A DNA stretch of 11,165 bases from the NCBI GenBank assembly GCA_965662845.1, contig CBFIJD010000055.1, forward strand, positions 1-11,165, read 5' to 3'. Source of the stretch: an uncultured bacterium. GTDB lineage: Bacteria > SAR324 > NAC60-12. This document shows, one piece after another, positions 7,271 through 11,165 of the stretch; the stretch's first letter is position 1, and every line of letters begins with the position of its first letter. Both the position numbers and the translations under genes were made by a program. The notes beneath the pieces are model-generated. The model saw only the letters and a list, made by a program, of their open reading frames with translations, was not told the DNA's origin and searched no databases.

Positions 7271-7405
7271 CTCGGTCTCGCTCCGCCTACGAGGCCACAA
7301 CGCGTTGGCCCCACTTTGCGCAAAGCGCCAAGAAAAATCATAAAAATTCAATTTTTTCAAAAACTTAGACAGCTTGTAAGTGTTTTGTCAGCGAGAAAAC
7401 TATCC

Positions 7406-7434
7406 TTGCAATTTCGCGTTTAATTTCTTACTTT
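7406..7434 (+). promoter_or_regulatory. Sigma70-type promoter for hppA with an AT-rich upstream region
   Basis: TTGCAA (7406-7411), a 17-nt spacer, then TACTTT (7429-7434). An A/T-tract region lies upstream at about 7331-7365, and the GGAGG RBS at 7589-7593 precedes ATG 7604. Confidence 0.5.
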
Positions 7435-7603
7435 CGCGACCTTTCCAAACGCGGGTGCGCATCTTGACGTCGCTGCCTTGGCGATGCGCAGTGTTTTCGT
7501 CTGACCATCACTCGCCGCTGGGATTGATCCGCTGCTCCTGCGCACGCTTGCCGCCTTCCGAGCACTCCCCCCTATTCTCTCTCAAACTGGAGGAAATCAA
7601 CTT

Positions 7604-9730
7604 ATGTCCATCCCAATCATTTTGGTCTTGTCAGTCTTCGCGCTGCTCGTGGCCATTTACTATGCGATGCAGGTCGCGAAAATCCCTCTCACTGAAGGCA
7701 TTACCGACCCGCGAGAAGCCGATCAGTTGACCAAGATCTACAACGCGATCTCGAAGGGCGCGATGGCCTTCTTGGCCCAAGAATACCGCTACATGGCCTA
7801 CTTCATCGTCGCCTTTGCTGCGTTGGTGATTTTCTTGGTAGATGACCCCCACACCGCTGATCTCAACGAAGGTCTCTACACTGCGATCTCATTCGTGTTG
7901 GGCGCGGTCATCTCGATTGCCTCCGGCTACATTGGCATGAAGATCGCCACCGTAGGCAACGCGCGCACCACCGTCTCCGCAAAAACCTCGATTTCTCGCG
8001 CCTTCAACGTCGCGATTCAGTCCGGCGCTGTGATGGGGTTTGGCCTGGTTGGGCTGGCCGTGCTTGGCTTGATGGGCGTGTATCTGCTGCTCGTCGCGAT
8101 GCTCCCGAGTGGGACTGAGGCTCACATTTTGATGGAAGTCATGGCCGGTTTTGGGCTGGGTGGTTCTACCATCGCGCTGTTCGGCCGGGTTGGTGGAGGG
8201 ATCTTCACCAAAGCGGCAGACGTCGGCGCCGATCTCGTGGGCAAGGTAGAGCAAGGCATTCCAGAGGATGACCCGCGCAACCCGGCAGTGATCGCAGACA
8301 ACGTCGGCGACAACGTTGGGGACGTCGCGGGAATGGGGGCCGACTTGTTTGGCTCATGCGCAGAGAGCACCTGTGCGGCGCTCGTGATTGGCGCCGTGGC
8401 CTTCGCGAGCAACATGGAAGCCTTGTTGTTCCCGATTTTAGTCTCGGCGATTGGCATTCCTCTAGCGCTCTTGACGATGTTCACCGCGCGCGTGAAAGAA
8501 GAAAAAGACGTCGCTCCCACGCTGAAGAAGATGCTCATTGTCTCTACAGTGTTGAGCATTGTCGTGATGTTCTTCGTGACCAAGTGGGCTCTTCCGGAGA
8601 GCTTCGTGATCAATGGAGCCGAATACACGAGCCTTGGCATCTACTGGTGCTACTTCGCGGGCGCTGTCGCAGGATTGGCGGTGGGCTTGCTGACCGAGTA
8701 TTACACTTCGCATGATTTCGAGCCTGTACGCGAGGTCGCCAAAGCTTCTGAGACCGGTTCTGCAACCAACATCATCTTCGGCTTGGCCCTGGGTTACCAC
8801 AGCGCGGTGGGTCCGATCCTCGCGATTGCGGTCAGCATCTATGTGCCGTTCTACTTCGGTGGGATGTATGGCGTCGCGATTGCGGCGCTTGGGATGTTGA
8901 GCACGCTTATCATCGGGCTGACGATTGACGCTTACGGCCCTGTCGCCGACAACGCCGGAGGAATCGCGGAGATGAGCGGCATGGAAGAAGGCGTACGCCA
9001 GCGCACTGATGTCCTTGACGCGGCAGGGAACACCACCGCCGCCATCGGCAAAGGCTTCGCGATTGGCTCCGCTATTCTCACGTCCCTCGCGCTGTTTGCG
9101 GCCTTCCTGACGCGCGCAGATTACTTGCAGCCAGAGGTCGATGTGATGGCCAGCATTAGCTTGCTGGACCCGCTGGTGTTGACCGGTCTCTTCGTCGGCG
9201 CCGTGTTGCCGTTTTTGTTCTCTGCCATGACGATGAAGTCGGTCGGGAAAGCCGCGTTCGACATGATCGAAGAAGTCCGCCGCCAATTCCGGACGATTCC
9301 AGGCATCATGGAAAGCACCGCTGAACCCGACTACGCACAGTGTGTCGCCATTTCGACTAAGGCGGCCGTCCGCGAAATGATTCCTCCGGGCATCTTGATT
9401 CTCGGCACCCCCATTGTGGTGGGCTTCTTGTTCGGCATTCCTGCCCTGGCAGGCGTGTTGGCAGGCTCTCTCGTAGCGGGCGGCGTGTTGGCCATTTCCT
9501 CTGCTAACTCCGGTGGCGCTTGGGACAACGCCAAGAAGTACATCGAAGCGGGCAACCTAGGGGGCAAAGGCACCGACACGCACAAAGCGGCGGTCGTCGG
9601 AGATACCGTTGGTGACCCCTTGAAAGACACCTCTGGTCCTTCCTTGAACATCCTCATTAAGTTGTCTGCGATTCTGAGCTTGGTCTTTGTGCCCTTCTTC
9701 GTCCAGTACGGCGGCTTGCTAGCGGGATAG
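7604..9730 (+). CDS. hppA: Membrane-bound ion-translocating pyrophosphatase, K+-dependent, predicted H+-pumping
   Basis: 708 aa with [77 protein letters not shown] and [23 protein letters not shown]. It has a strong GGAGG RBS. Confidence 0.98.
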   Translation: MSIPIILVLSVFALLVAIYYAMQVAKIPLTEGITDPREADQLTKIYNAISKGAMAFLAQEYRYMAYFIVAFAALVIFLVDDPHTADLNEGLYTAISFVLGAVISIASGYIGMKIATVGNARTTVSAKTSISRAFNVAIQSGAVMGFGLVGLAVLGLMGVYLLLVAMLPSGTEAHILMEVMAGFGLGGSTIALFGRVGGGIFTKAADVGADLVGKVEQGIPEDDPRNPAVIADNVGDNVGDVAGMGADLFGSCAESTCAALVIGAVAFASNMEALLFPILVSAIGIPLALLTMFTARVKEEKDVAPTLKKMLIVSTVLSIVVMFFVTKWALPESFVINGAEYTSLGIYWCYFAGAVAGLAVGLLTEYYTSHDFEPVREVAKASETGSATNIIFGLALGYHSAVGPILAIAVSIYVPFYFGGMYGVAIAALGMLSTLIIGLTIDAYGPVADNAGGIAEMSGMEEGVRQRTDVLDAAGNTTAAIGKGFAIGSAILTSLALFAAFLTRADYLQPEVDVMASISLLDPLVLTGLFVGAVLPFLFSAMTMKSVGKAAFDMIEEVRRQFRTIPGIMESTAEPDYAQCVAISTKAAVREMIPPGILILGTPIVVGFLFGIPALAGVLAGSLVAGGVLAISSANSGGAWDNAKKYIEAGNLGGKGTDTHKAAVVGDTVGDPLKDTSGPSLNILIKLSAILSLVFVPFFVQYGGLLAG

Positions 9731-9743
9731 TATTCCTCCTCCC

Positions 9744-9767
9744 GAGTCGGTTCGTTCGAGCCGACTC
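9744..9767 (+). terminator. Stem-loop after hppA (possible terminator or mRNA-stabilising hairpin)
   Basis: GAGTCGGTTC-GTTC-GAGCCGACTC forms a 10-bp stem (one G-U pair) just after the hppA stop. It has no clear U-tract. Confidence 0.5.
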
Positions 9768-9911
9768 TCCCCACACGCCTCTGACTCGCTCTGGATAGCT
9801 TCCCCGCGTTCACCTCTCTGTCACAAAAGCGTTGCGGTCTGAACAGGCTTCCTGCATCATTTCGCTTTCATCTACTTCTCCCCGTCCTCACAAGGTGCAC
9901 CCTCGGTTATC

Positions 9912-11165
<1,254 letters not shown>

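Noticed and set aside
6359..7360. 333-aa minus-strand ORF (and the 274-aa ORF at 8462-9286)
   Set aside because: These are antisense shadows of the phosphatase and hppA, with no recognisable domains.

Overview
GC-rich bacterial chromosomal window with two divergent gene blocks. The minus strand (right to left) carries an ArnT/PMT-like GT-C glycosyltransferase, aspartate-semialdehyde dehydrogenase (asd), GDP-mannose 4,6-dehydratase (gmd), a decayed fragment resembling a clan-AA aspartyl protease, and a Wzx-type flippase that runs off the left edge and is missing from the ORF track. The plus strand carries a 71-aa, 11-Cys GDCCVxC protein coupled by an ATGA overlap to a REC-REC-PP2C(SpoIIE) phosphatase whose two receiver domains are both degenerate. 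Next come a K+-dependent membrane pyrophosphatase with the plant-type H+ gate motif and a soluble PAS-PAS histidine kinase that runs off the right edge, also missing from the track. The best candidate for an undescribed system is the GDCCVxC plus double-pseudoreceiver phosphatase operon, a possible metal/thiol-sensing partner-switch input. It sits next to an att-like scar resembling a tRNA-fMet 3' end with a possible recombinase C-terminal remnant. All family assignments come from manual motif recognition, and no database searches were run.
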